From assembly GCA_902525735.1 (NCBI GenBank), contig CABZIF010000005.1, positions 25,919-89,918 of the forward strand: 64,000 nucleotides of DNA. Reading direction: 5' to 3'. The notes under the pieces were generated by a model, which had not been told where the DNA came from, did not search any database, and worked only from the letters and a program-made list of their open reading frames with translations. Position numbers and translations under genes: made by a program. Shown here piece by piece: positions 54,667-64,000 of the stretch (positions are counted from its first letter, which is position 1; each line of letters opens with the position of its first letter). Origin of the DNA: an uncultured SAR86 cluster bacterium (GTDB lineage: Bacteria; Pseudomonadota; Gammaproteobacteria; Magnimaribacterales; AG-339-G14).

Positions 54667-57051
54667 TTAATCTAAAAAAAGTTCAAACATAGTCTTTCTA
54701 TCTTCTGGATTGGCCGGCATACCGTCAATCAAATTAATTTTTTTAGCAATCAGACCAGATGGTCTAGGCTGAATGCCATATTCAATGTCATCAATTATCT
54801 CTTCCATGTAATTAAGCCATATGGGAAGTGCAGTTGAACTGCCAAATTCATTATTACCCAAAGAAGCTGGCTGATCATAACCAAACCAGACAGTCGTTAA
54901 AATATTTTTGTTAAATCCAGTAAACCAAGCACTTTCGGCATCATTGGTGGTTCCTGTTTTGCCAGCAAAATCATCTCTATTCAAAGATTGAATTTTTTTT
55001 CCAGTGCCACGTCTAGTAGCCTCTAAAAGAATATCATTGATTATGTATGAAACTCTTGGATCAATAGTAAAGGATTCTTTTTTAGGAAATTTTTTTCCAA
55101 CCCATGACTCAATTAAATTTTCTGAAATTTCTTTTTTTTCTAAGAATTCAATTTCTTCTTCACTTTTCAATATCTTGTTAATAAAAAATGGTTCAATTGA
55201 TCTACCTCCATTTGCAAACACAGCAAAATAAGATGCATTTTCCAAAGGACTTAAACCATAGGATCCCAATGCCAAAGATAAATCGTTTGGCAACTCATCT
55301 TTTTCAAAACCAAATCTGGTTAAATAGTTTTTCGTCCTATTAAGCCCTAAATCTTGTAATAATCTAATTGATACAACATTTCTCGACTGCAACAAAGCCT
55401 CCCTCAGTCTCGTAGGGCCATAAAACCTTCCGCTAGAATTTTTTGGTCTCCAATAATCTTCTAAATTTGCATCTTCAAATACGATTGGAGCATCATTTAT
55501 TAAGCTTGCAGGAGTGAAGTCATTTTCAAACGCAGCGGCATAAAGAAAAGGTTTAAAATTTGATCCTAGTTGAGGTTTAGCTTGAGTAACTCGATTGAAT
55601 TTACTTGCTTGAAAGTTATATCCTCCTACCATAGACAAAATTTTTCCTGTATCAGGATCAAGACTAACTAAAGCTGCTTGAACATCAGGGTGAATCCCAA
55701 ATTCATAAGACGAATCACCTTCATCTTTTACCCAAATTAAGTCGCCTGGTTCAAAAAAAGAGTTAAATTCAGTTAAAAATTTTCCCTTTTTATTAGCATC
55801 AATTCTGGGTCGAATTTTATTGTTTAATTGTAAGAAATTAATAGTTTTTATGATTCCGCTCTTACTAAGCAAACTTATTTTTTTTAGTCCTGAGGATAAA
55901 ACTATATGAGGAGAAAAATCATTATAATTTGGACTATCAGCCAAAAAATCCAGCGCTTCATCAAAAGGATTTTTTAAATCTATTGCAATCCCAAAGTCAT
56001 CTTTAAAATTTTCTGGATTATAGGAAATAATATAAAAAAGATCGCTTCTTTGAATAAAGTTTTCAGGCAATAAATCGACAAAATTATTTGGTTTTTTATA
56101 TCCATGTCTTACCTCATAATTTTCTATTCCTTCTTTGAGAGCTCTATTAGCTGCCAATTGATTCTTTGAGTTGATCGTTGAATAAACTTCATAACCTTCT
56201 TTATAAGCGGCCAAACCAAATTTAGATATCATATATTTTCTTATTTCTTCAGCTAAGTAATCGGCCTCTATTTCTGAGGAAACTCCTTTAAAAGTTGCTG
56301 TGATAGGCTCTTTGATTGAATTTTCAAAATCAGCGAAATCAATATAATTCAGAGCTTCCATGCGGGTTAAGACCCAATTTCTTCTAATAAGAGCCCTCCT
56401 TGGGTTTGCAATAGGATTTATTCTGGACGGTGCCTTAGGCAAACTGGCAATCATTGCCTTTTGAGCTAATGAGAGTTCAGATAATTTTTTTCCGTAGTAG
56501 ATTTCTGAAGCCGCTGCGATACCATAAGCCCTGTTACCCAAAAAGATTTGGTTTACGTAAAGTTCAAATATTTCTTCTTTTGAAAAAGATAAATTAAGTT
56601 TTAAAGCCATAAAAATTTCTTTAATTTTTCTTTCAAAAGTTTGCTCTTTAGAAAGTACATAATTTCTAGCTACTTGCATGGTGATAGTTCCACCACCACT
56701 CACAATTCTTCCTTCTCTTAAAAATTCGAAGGTTGCTCTGATTAAACTAAAAAAGTCCACTCCAGTATTGGAAAAAAATCCACTGTCTTCTGCAGCTAAA
56801 AAGGCGTTCACTAAATCTTCGGGAATTTCTTCAAAAGTGAGCTTAGTTCTATGAATTTCTCCGTACTCACCAATTAACTTTCCATCGCTAGTAAAAATTT
56901 TTAAAGGAACTTGAAGTTCTACTTTCCTGACATCGTCCGTTGAGGGCAATTGAGGAGAAAAATAAATATAAATTCCCATTGCAAATTGAATCGGCAGGAG
57001 AAGTAAAAATAAGGTTAAGAAAAATATTTTTTTATTTAAAAATCTATTCAC
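54667..57051 (-). CDS. mrcA: Penicillin-binding protein 1A (bifunctional transglycosylase/transpeptidase)
   Basis: GT51 motifs AAEDSGFF and RKIKE. Transpeptidase motifs SNFKP (SxxK), SRN, and KTGTT. GTG start. Confidence 0.93.
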   Translation of the reverse strand: MNRFLNKKIFFLTLFLLLLPIQFAMGIYIYFSPQLPSTDDVRKVELQVPLKIFTSDGKLIGEYGEIHRTKLTFEEIPEDLVNAFLAAEDSGFFSNTGVDFFSLIRATFEFLREGRIVSGGGTITMQVARNYVLSKEQTFERKIKEIFMALKLNLSFSKEEIFELYVNQIFLGNRAYGIAAASEIYYGKKLSELSLAQKAMIASLPKAPSRINPIANPRRALIRRNWVLTRMEALNYIDFADFENSIKEPITATFKGVSSEIEADYLAEEIRKYMISKFGLAAYKEGYEVYSTINSKNQLAANRALKEGIENYEVRHGYKKPNNFVDLLPENFIQRSDLFYIISYNPENFKDDFGIAIDLKNPFDEALDFLADSPNYNDFSPHIVLSSGLKKISLLSKSGIIKTINFLQLNNKIRPRIDANKKGKFLTEFNSFFEPGDLIWVKDEGDSSYEFGIHPDVQAALVSLDPDTGKILSMVGGYNFQASKFNRVTQAKPQLGSNFKPFLYAAAFENDFTPASLINDAPIVFEDANLEDYWRPKNSSGRFYGPTRLREALLQSRNVVSIRLLQDLGLNRTKNYLTRFGFEKDELPNDLSLALGSYGLSPLENASYFAVFANGGRSIEPFFINKILKSEEEIEFLEKKEISENLIESWVGKKFPKKESFTIDPRVSYIINDILLEATRRGTGKKIQSLNRDDFAGKTGTTNDAESAWFTGFNKNILTTVWFGYDQPASLGNNEFGSSTALPIWLNYMEEIIDDIEYGIQPRPSGLIAKKINLIDGMPANPEDRKTMFELFLD

Positions 57052-57102
57052 GTTCTCTTTAAAGTAAAATAACCAATTAATTCTAAAGGAAGAAAGATTT
57101 TC

Positions 57103-57606
57103 ATGAAAATTTTCTTAGTTGGTCCCATGGGCTCAGGTAAATCCAAAATTGGCAAACTCCTCTCATCTAAATTAAATCTCAATCTCTTTGATATAGACCG
57201 AGAAATTGAGGCAAAGTTTGAAAAAACTATTGTAGATATTTTTGCTATGGAAGGAGAAGAAAGTTTTCGAAAAAAAGAAATTAGTTTTTTAAGTGAAATA
57301 AATCAAATTGAGGACGCAGTTGTATCTACTGGAGGAGGAATAATAGAAGCTTCTGTAAATAGAGATTTATTAAAGAAAGAAAAATATGTAGTTTTTCTCA
57401 ATGCTTCTGTTGAAAGTCAATTCCAGGCTACTAAAGATAAAACTAAAAGGCCTCTTCTGAATAACGAAAACCCAAGGCAAGTTTTAGAGTCATTGTATGA
57501 GCGCAGGCTAGAATTATATAAATCGGTTTCAAACTTGGAACTTAGTCCTGATTTGTTGTCTAATGAGGATATTGTTAAAAAAATAATTAACTTTTTAAAT
57601 GTCTAA
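57103..57606 (+). CDS. aroK: Shikimate kinase
   Basis: P-loop GPMGSGKSKIGK, then DIDREIE and STGGG. Confidence 0.92.
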   Translation: MKIFLVGPMGSGKSKIGKLLSSKLNLNLFDIDREIEAKFEKTIVDIFAMEGEESFRKKEISFLSEINQIEDAVVSTGGGIIEASVNRDLLKKEKYVVFLNASVESQFQATKDKTKRPLLNNENPRQVLESLYERRLELYKSVSNLELSPDLLSNEDIVKKIINFLNV

Positions 57607-58678
57607 ATCGATTAATATCAGAACTCCATCCGGCGACTATGAAGTCCTGATAGGAAGTAAATTACTTGGTACTTATAATTTTAAGTGGTTGATTCAAAAC
57701 CGTCAGATCTTGATTGTAAAAGATTCAATGGTGCCAAATGAAATTTTAGAAATCTTAAATATCTCTCTTTCAAATTCTGATCCCAAACAAATAAAAGTTT
57801 TAGAAATTGAAACTAATGAAAAAAATAAAAGTTTTGAAGGGTTAATTCCAATATTTGAAGTTTTGAATGCAAATAAATTTAATAGAGATTGTGTCTTAAT
57901 AGGTCTTGGGGGAGGCATTACAACAGATATGGTTGGTTTTGTTGCTGCATCTTACTTGCGAGGGGTTGATTTGATTCAAATTCCAACAACTCTTTTATCG
58001 CAAGTCGATGCGGCGATTGGAGGTAAAACTGGCATAAATTTTGCTGGTTCGAAAAATAATATTGGAGCTTTCTATCAACCAAAACTTGTTTTAATGGATA
58101 CAGATTGTTTGAAATCACTTTCTAAGTCAGATTTTACTGATGGAATTGCTGAAATTATCAAACATTCTCTGATTGCGGATAAAAATTTATTTACTAAATT
58201 GGAAAATATATTTTCCAACAACAATGAATTATCCGACGAAGATCTTATACAAATTGTCTATGAAAGCTCTTTGATCAAAGCATTCATAGTTTCAAATGAT
58301 GAAAAGGAAAAAGGCGATAGAGCTTTGTTAAATTTTGGACACACATATGGTCATGCATTTGAAGCGATTCAATCACTTGAAGGTTTTTCTCATGGACAAG
58401 CAGTTGGGCTGGGAATGATTTGCGCGTCGCATTTGTCATTTTTATTAAAAAAAATATCGTCTGAGGAGCTTAAAAAAATTAAAAATTTAATCAAATCAGT
58501 AGGTTTACCTCATGAACTTCCTGAAAATTTTAATGTGAATGACTTCATTGAAGCGATGAGTAGGGATAAAAAAATATTGAATAAGAAATTAAGATTCATA
58601 ACTCTTAGAGGCCTTGGAAGTGCTGAAGTTACTGAAGATCCGCCTGAAGACTTAGTCCTTAAAAGCATAAATTTATAA
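57599..58678 (+). CDS. aroB: 3-dehydroquinate synthase
   Basis: GLGGGITTDMVGFVAASYLRGV, IQIPTTLLSQVDAAIGGKTGIN, and NFGHTYGHAFE. Confidence 0.94.
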   Translation: MSKSINIRTPSGDYEVLIGSKLLGTYNFKWLIQNRQILIVKDSMVPNEILEILNISLSNSDPKQIKVLEIETNEKNKSFEGLIPIFEVLNANKFNRDCVLIGLGGGITTDMVGFVAASYLRGVDLIQIPTTLLSQVDAAIGGKTGINFAGSKNNIGAFYQPKLVLMDTDCLKSLSKSDFTDGIAEIIKHSLIADKNLFTKLENIFSNNNELSDEDLIQIVYESSLIKAFIVSNDEKEKGDRALLNFGHTYGHAFEAIQSLEGFSHGQAVGLGMICASHLSFLLKKISSEELKKIKNLIKSVGLPHELPENFNVNDFIEAMSRDKKILNKKLRFITLRGLGSAEVTEDPPEDLVLKSINL

Positions 58679-58710
58679 AAATTTAAAAATTTCTTGTTTT
58701 TAGCGCAATT

Positions 58711-58727
58711 TGCACTCATTTAGTGCA
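58711..58727. promoter_or_regulatory. Perfect dyad TGCAC-N7-GTGCA (NtrC-type half-sites and spacing) upstream of gltB
   Basis: Sequence TGCACTCATTTAGTGCA, about 175 nt upstream of the gltB start. The half-sites and spacing equal those of the enterobacterial NtrC consensus TGCACCA-N3-TGGTGCA. The identity of the regulator is inference. Confidence 0.3.
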
Positions 58728-58784
58728 TTTTCAGTGCTAACGAATTCGACAGTTTTCCTGTTAAAAGATAATATTTCTTTATTA

Positions 58785-58834
58785 ATGCATATCACATGCT
58801 TTAAAAGTGATGCATATCACATGCATTAAAAGTG
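58785..58834. repeat. Two head-to-tail copies of a 25-bp unit in the gltB upstream region (candidate operator)
   Basis: ATGCATATCACATGCTTTAAAAGTG (58785..58809) is followed directly by ATGCATATCACATGCATTAAAAGTG (58810..58834), 24/25 identical. The second copy contains ATGCAT-N5-ATGCAT. Confidence 0.9.
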
Positions 58835-58901
58835 ACGCTTGCCAGGCGTAAAAAGGGCATTTTACAACATCTCTACAGTTAGTCTGTAATGTGTGCCAAA
58901 T

Positions 58902-61900
58902 ATGAGTAGATCTTTAAAACAGCGCCCAGTTAAATCTGGTCTTTATGATCCAGAATTCGAAAAGGATTCTTGCGGAGTTGGATTAGTTGCTAACATCAAA
59001 GGCGTTCCTTCTAGAGAGATCATGGAAAATGCTTATTTAATAAACTCAAGAATGGATCATAGAGGTGGTTGTGGCTTTGAAGAAAATACAGGGGATGGAG
59101 CTGGTATTTTAATGGCATTACCCGATTCTTTTTTTCAAGAAGAATCAGATAAATTAAAAATATCTCTTCCAAAATCTGGTGAGTACGCAGTAGGTAACAT
59201 TTTTCTCCCTCAAAAAGCTGACGAAAGAAAGAAATATAAAAAAATTATTGAAGAAATAGTCTCGAAAGAAGGACAACAATTTTTAGGCTGGCGGAAAGTT
59301 CCAACTGATTCCGAAAAGGCTAATGTGGGGCCAGCTGCTAAGGAGTGCCAGCCAATTATGGAACAACTTTTTATAGGATGTTCAAAGAATATAGATCAAG
59401 ATGCTTTCGAGAGAAAACTTTATTTAATAAGAAAAATATTTAGTGACCGATTGAGGTATAACGAAAACCTTTCTCAAGGACTGATGCTTTATGCTTGTAG
59501 TTTGTCGTCTCGACTCATTGTTTACAAAGGGATGCTCACACCCGGTCAGTTGTTCCCCTTTTTTCCTGATTTAGAAAATTCAAATTTTAAAACTCACCTA
59601 GCCATGGTGCATTCAAGGTTTAGTACTAATACTTTTCCTTCTTGGGATAGAGCCCAACCCTGCCGATACATGTGTCACAACGGAGAGATAAATACTCTTA
59701 AAGGGAATGTAAATCTTATGCGTGCCCGTCAAGGTAAAGCAGCAAGTAAACTTTTTGGAAATAAAATTAAGAAACTTTTTCCAATTGCTGAGGCCGATTG
59801 CTCAGATTCAGGAAGTTTCGATAATGTTTTAGAGCTTTTAATAATGTCCGGAAGGAAACTTCCTGAAGCAGCAATGATGATGATTCCAGAAGCTTGGCAA
59901 AACGATAAAGAAATGTCGAAGAAAAAGAGAGATTTTTATGAATACTCATCTTCATTAATGGAACCTTGGGATGGTCCGGCTTCAATAGTTTTTACCGATG
60001 GCACCCAAGTCGGAGCTGTTTTAGATCGAAATGGTTTAAGGCCAAGCAGATTCTACGTTACCAATGACGACAAGGTCATCATGGCATCAGAAGTTGGTGT
60101 CCTGCCTGTAGACTCTAAGTCTGTGTTGAAAAAAGGAAGACTACAACCAGGAAAAATGTTTCTGATTGACTTTGAAAAAGGAAGGTTGATTCCTGACGAA
60201 GAAATCAAAAACCAGGTAGCTGGTCAGCATCCCTACAAGGACTGGAATAAGAGTCAGATTGTAGACTTAAAAGATTTAAAAACTTCTAAAAAAACTCCAT
60301 CTACTGAAAAATTAATTCCAAAAATGAAAGCTTTTGGTTACACCACTGAAACTCTTGAATTCATGCTACTTCCACTAGTGACTGAACTTAGAGACCCTTT
60401 AGGCTCTATGGGAAATGATGCCGCTCTGGCTTGTTTGTCTGACAAACCGAGGATGATTTATGACTACTTTAAACAATTATTTGCTCAAATAACAAATCCT
60501 CCTATCGATTCAATTAGAGAAGAAGTTATTATGTCTTTGGAATGTCTAATCGGTCCTGAAGGCAACCTTCTATCAACTGAAAAAGAAAATGCCCATCGAC
60601 TTAGATTACAGCATCCAATTTTGTCAAACGAGGAATTTTTAAAGATTAAAAATCTCAAAACTCAAGGCTGGCGAACAAAAACCATAGACATAACATATGA
60701 AAAAGAAAGCGGTAGCAAAGGATTAGTAAAAGCCCTTAACAGAATTTGTAAAGAATCTGAAGAAGCCATCAAAAAGGGTTTCTCTTTTATAGTCTTATCC
60801 GATAGAGAAATAAATGAAAATAGAATTGCGCTCAGTTCTCTTGTGGCTTGCTCAACTGTTCACCATCATCTGGTAACTAAAGAAAAAAGGACTCAAATAG
60901 GGATTATTTTAGAATCAGGAGAAGCAAGAGAAGTTCACCATCATTGTTTATTAATCGGCTATGGAGCTGACGCAATTAATCCTTATTTAGCTTTTGACGT
61001 TCTAACTAAGTCTTTGAAAGATGGAGCAATAAAAGATAAGGCATTAAAAAATTCAAAAGATTTAGTTAAAGCTTACAAAAAAGGTGTTGCAAAAGGCATG
61101 TTAAAAGTTATGGCAAAAATGGGTATTTCAACACTTCAATCCTACAAAGGGGGTCAGATATTTGAAGCCGTTGGACTTGCTGATGAAATAATTGAGAAAT
61201 CTTTTCCTGGAACACCAAGTAGAGTTCAAGGAGTGAATTTTGATGTGCTTTCAGAGGAAGTTGAAAGAAGACACTCGATTGGTTTTCCAAAAATCAAACC
61301 TGATTCAGTTACAACCCTACCTAATCCAGGAGATTATCATTGGCGTAATGGCGGTGATTCGCATATGTGGGATCCTAAATCAATTTCTGCACTTCAACTG
61401 GCTTCAAGAAATAACGATGAATCGGCTTATTGGAATTTTTCTAATCACGCCAACGAACAAACAACCAAGAATAGCACCTTAAGGGGCTTGATGAGTTTCA
61501 AGTATGCAAAAGAACCTATCCCTCTTGAAGAAGTTGAAAGTGAAAAAGAAATAGTTAAAAGATTTGCCACTGGTGCAATGTCTCTTGGTTCAATATCAAC
61601 AGAAGCACATGAGTCATTGGCATTGGCAATGAATAAATTGGGTGGAAAATCTAATACCGGTGAAGGCGGTGAAGACCCAATTAGATTTAAACCACTAGAA
61701 AACGGCGAATCTAAAAGATCCGCCATCAAACAAGTTGCGTCTGGAAGATTTGGTGTAACGATGTGGTATTTAACTAACTCTGATGAACTACAAATTAAAA
61801 TTGCTCAGGGCGCAAAACCAGGCGAAGGTGGAGAATTACCTGGAACCAAAGTCGATGATTATATTGCAAAAATAAGACACTCAACTCCAGGCGTCGGCTT

Positions 61901-63449
61901 AATTAGTCCGCCTCCACATCACGACATATATTCCATTGAAGATATAGCTCAATTAATCCATGATTTAAAAAATGCCAATCGATCATCTAGAATAAGTGTC
62001 AAACTTGTATCTGAAATAGGAGTCGGGACTATTGCTTCGGGAGTAGTTAAAGCAAAAACGGATCATCTAGTTATTGCTGGTCATGATGGGGGCACGGGCG
62101 CTTCTCCTCTAACATCTATTAAGCATGCTGGTCTTCCTTGGGAATTAGGCATAGCTGAAACTCACCAAACTTTGGTCATGAACAATCTCCGATCTAGAGT
62201 TGTCTTACAAACCGATGGCCAATTGAAAACTGGAAGGGATGTTGCCATAGCTGCCATCTTGGGTGCCGAGGAATTCGGTTTTTCTACTGCTCCTTTAGTC
62301 ACACTAGGTTGCATTATGATGAGAAAGTGTCATTTGAATACTTGTCCTGTAGGAATTGCGACACAAGATGTAGAACTGAGAAAGAAATTCCATGGTAAGC
62401 CAGAAAATGTTGTGAACTATCTCTTTATGGTTGCGAAAGAATTAAGAATGATTATGGCTAAGTTAGGTATTAAAAAAGTTAATGATCTGATCGGTAGAGT
62501 AGATCTTTTAGAGATGGAGAAAGCTTTAAATCATTGGAAACGAGACGGTTTAGATCTTTCTAAAATTCTCACGCCAGCAGAGATAGTTTACAAAGATACC
62601 GAGGTCTTCAATACCAAAAAACAAAATCATAATTTGGAAAATTCTTTAGATATGGCTTTATTTAAGACGATTAAAAGCAATATCGTTAATAGACAAAGAA
62701 TTAATATAAATATGAAAATTGGCAACACAGATAGAGTTTTCGGGACCATTATTTCAAACGAAATTTCTAAATTATGGGGCGCAAAAGGCCTTCCAAATGA
62801 TACTTTAAAAATTAATTTAGAAGGTTCTGCAGGTCAAAGTTTTGGCGCCTGGATTACCAAAGGTATGACTCTAAACCTCGTAGGCGACGCCAATGACTTT
62901 GTTGGAAAAGGCTTGTCCGGAGGAAAAATTATCATCTATCCACCAAGGGATAGTCATTTCGTTCCTGAAGAAAATATATTACTCGGCAATGTTGCTCTAT
63001 ATGGAGCAACCGATGGAGAAGCTTATTTTAGAGGCATAGCTGCTGAAAGATTTTGTGTCAGAAACAGTGGTGCCCGTGTAGTTGTCGAGGGCATAGGTGA
63101 TCATGGTTGTGAATACATGACTGGAGGCAGAGCAGTGATTTTAGGGGAAACTGGTCGAAACTTTGGTGCTGGAATGAGCGGCGGTATTGCTTACGTCTAT
63201 AATCCAAAGGGAAATTTCAAAAAAAAATGCAATACGAGCACATTTGAATTAGAAGATTTGGTTATAAAAGAAGATATAAATGAGTTGAAAGAACTAATTA
63301 GTAATCATTACAAATATACTAATTCATCGGTTGCTGAAAAAATTCTTTTAAATTGGAAAAAGGAAATCAAACATTTTTCTAAAGTAATGCCAACCGATTA
63401 CAAAAGAGTTCTTCAAGAAATGGATCAAAAAAAATTAAAAGCTAGTTAA
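58902..63449 (+). CDS. gltB: Glutamate synthase (NADPH) large subunit
   Basis: Ntn amidotransferase Cys in KDSCGVGLVA, plus FMN/3Fe-4S and GXGXG C-terminal domains. It is about 1515 aa. The ATG at 58902 is preferred over the GTG at 58893. Confidence 0.97.
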   Translation: MSRSLKQRPVKSGLYDPEFEKDSCGVGLVANIKGVPSREIMENAYLINSRMDHRGGCGFEENTGDGAGILMALPDSFFQEESDKLKISLPKSGEYAVGNIFLPQKADERKKYKKIIEEIVSKEGQQFLGWRKVPTDSEKANVGPAAKECQPIMEQLFIGCSKNIDQDAFERKLYLIRKIFSDRLRYNENLSQGLMLYACSLSSRLIVYKGMLTPGQLFPFFPDLENSNFKTHLAMVHSRFSTNTFPSWDRAQPCRYMCHNGEINTLKGNVNLMRARQGKAASKLFGNKIKKLFPIAEADCSDSGSFDNVLELLIMSGRKLPEAAMMMIPEAWQNDKEMSKKKRDFYEYSSSLMEPWDGPASIVFTDGTQVGAVLDRNGLRPSRFYVTNDDKVIMASEVGVLPVDSKSVLKKGRLQPGKMFLIDFEKGRLIPDEEIKNQVAGQHPYKDWNKSQIVDLKDLKTSKKTPSTEKLIPKMKAFGYTTETLEFMLLPLVTELRDPLGSMGNDAALACLSDKPRMIYDYFKQLFAQITNPPIDSIREEVIMSLECLIGPEGNLLSTEKENAHRLRLQHPILSNEEFLKIKNLKTQGWRTKTIDITYEKESGSKGLVKALNRICKESEEAIKKGFSFIVLSDREINENRIALSSLVACSTVHHHLVTKEKRTQIGIILESGEAREVHHHCLLIGYGADAINPYLAFDVLTKSLKDGAIKDKALKNSKDLVKAYKKGVAKGMLKVMAKMGISTLQSYKGGQIFEAVGLADEIIEKSFPGTPSRVQGVNFDVLSEEVERRHSIGFPKIKPDSVTTLPNPGDYHWRNGGDSHMWDPKSISALQLASRNNDESAYWNFSNHANEQTTKNSTLRGLMSFKYAKEPIPLEEVESEKEIVKRFATGAMSLGSISTEAHESLALAMNKLGGKSNTGEGGEDPIRFKPLENGESKRSAIKQVASGRFGVTMWYLTNSDELQIKIAQGAKPGEGGELPGTKVDDYIAKIRHSTPGVGLISPPPHHDIYSIEDIAQLIHDLKNANRSSRISVKLVSEIGVGTIASGVVKAKTDHLVIAGHDGGTGASPLTSIKHAGLPWELGIAETHQTLVMNNLRSRVVLQTDGQLKTGRDVAIAAILGAEEFGFSTAPLVTLGCIMMRKCHLNTCPVGIATQDVELRKKFHGKPENVVNYLFMVAKELRMIMAKLGIKKVNDLIGRVDLLEMEKALNHWKRDGLDLSKILTPAEIVYKDTEVFNTKKQNHNLENSLDMALFKTIKSNIVNRQRININMKIGNTDRVFGTIISNEISKLWGAKGLPNDTLKINLEGSAGQSFGAWITKGMTLNLVGDANDFVGKGLSGGKIIIYPPRDSHFVPEENILLGNVALYGATDGEAYFRGIAAERFCVRNSGARVVVEGIGDHGCEYMTGGRAVILGETGRNFGAGMSGGIAYVYNPKGNFKKKCNTSTFELEDLVIKEDINELKELISNHYKYTNSSVAEKILLNWKKEIKHFSKVMPTDYKRVLQEMDQKKLKAS

Positions 63450-63452
63450 AAA

Positions 63453-64000
63453 ATGGGAAAAGTAACAGGATTTAAAGAATTTGATAGAGCGGTAGAACCT
63501 TATCGACCTGCAAAGAAGAGAATTCTAGATTTCAAAGAAATTTATACTGACCACGATGAACCTCTTTTAGGAACTCAAGCATCAAGATGCATGAATTGTG
63601 GTGTGCCTTTTTGTCAATCCGGCGAAGGCTGCCCAGTTTACAACTTAATACCTGAGTGGAACGATTTGGTTTACAACGAAAAGTGGGAAGAGGCTTTTCA
63701 TCGTTTAATGAAGACCAACAATTTTCCAGAAGTCACTGGAAGAGTTTGTCCTGCCGTCTGTGAAGGTGCATGTGTACTTGGTATAACTGAAACACCAGTT
63801 GCGATAAAAAATCTTGAATTTGCCATCGCTGACAAAGGCATCGAATCTGGTTGGATAAAAGCCAATCCACCAAAGAAGAGAACCAATAAAAAAATAGCTA
63901 TCGTGGGTTCGGGACCTGCAGGTCTTTCGGCAGCCCAACAACTTAATAGTGTTGGTCATAATGTTGAAGTTTTCGAAAGAGCCGATCGTATCGGTGGCCT
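63453..64000 (+). CDS. gltD: Glutamate synthase (NADPH) small subunit, N-terminal part (runs off the window; not in the ORF track)
   Basis: Manual translation from the ATG at 63453 gives [31 protein letters not shown]...[18 protein letters not shown]...[13 protein letters not shown]...[17 protein letters not shown]. Confidence 0.93.
   Translation, partial: MGKVTGFKEFDRAVEPYRPAKKRILDFKEIYTDHDEPLLGTQASRCMNCGVPFCQSGEGCPVYNLIPEWNDLVYNEKWEEAFHRLMKTNNFPEVTGRVCPAVCEGACVLGITETPVAIKNLEFAIADKGIESGWIKANPPKKRTNKKIAIVGSGPAGLSAAQQLNSVGHNVEVFERADRIGG

Noticed and set aside
58785-58834. The 25-bp tandem repeat as a possible mini-CRISPR array.
   Set aside because: There are only two copies, directly adjacent with no spacer, and no cas genes. 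It sits in a promoter region, so an operator or duplication is the better explanation.
58836-58892. A search for a sigma-54 (TGGCAC-N5-TTGCA) promoter downstream of the NtrC-like dyad.
   Set aside because: No sequence with correctly spaced GG/GC elements occurs on the gltB strand. The only TGGCA is on the opposite strand and has the wrong spacing.

Overview
The window is an AT-rich, very gene-dense chromosomal segment with about 57 protein genes. It has almost no intergenic DNA, many overlapping start/stop codons, and several convergent genes that overlap at their 3' ends. I found no rRNA, tRNA, CRISPR array, transposase or integrase. The content is mostly core housekeeping. Gene order repeatedly matches gammaproteobacterial (Pseudomonas / E. 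coli) synteny blocks: gyrA..ubiG-HAD, scpA-scpB-rluB, xseB-ispA-dxs convergent with thiL-pgpA, glyA-nrdR-ribD-ribBX-ribH-nusB, miaA..hflK-hflC-hisZ-purA, panB-panC, algC-argB, and ponA divergent from aroK-aroB-gltB-gltD. That pattern, plus two very large TonB-dependent receptors, fits a streamlined marine gammaproteobacterium; this is inference, not proven. Non-core or unusual content, in order of interest: (1) a phage-type replication pair directly behind aroG, made of a protein with three tandem DnaT-like repeats and a lambda-P-like protein, with no other phage genes nearby; (2) an uncharacterised ilvE-linked cluster of a GT4 glycosyltransferase, a SAM methyltransferase and an alpha/alpha-toroid protein, flanked by a second methyltransferase and an alpha/beta hydrolase; (3) a tandem pair of about 1150-aa TonB-dependent receptor paralogs with four conserved Cys pairs, one carrying an Ala/Thr low-complexity insert; (4) argB broken by one extra G in a G8 run; (5) clean absence of hfq-hflX and of pilMNOPQ at their canonical junctions; (6) an apparent ~14 kb inversion separating nusB from thiL; (7) a perfect-spacing TGCAC-N7-GTGCA dyad and a 25-bp tandem repeat upstream of gltB. 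All protein calls come from reading the translations for motifs by eye. No searches or computations were run.
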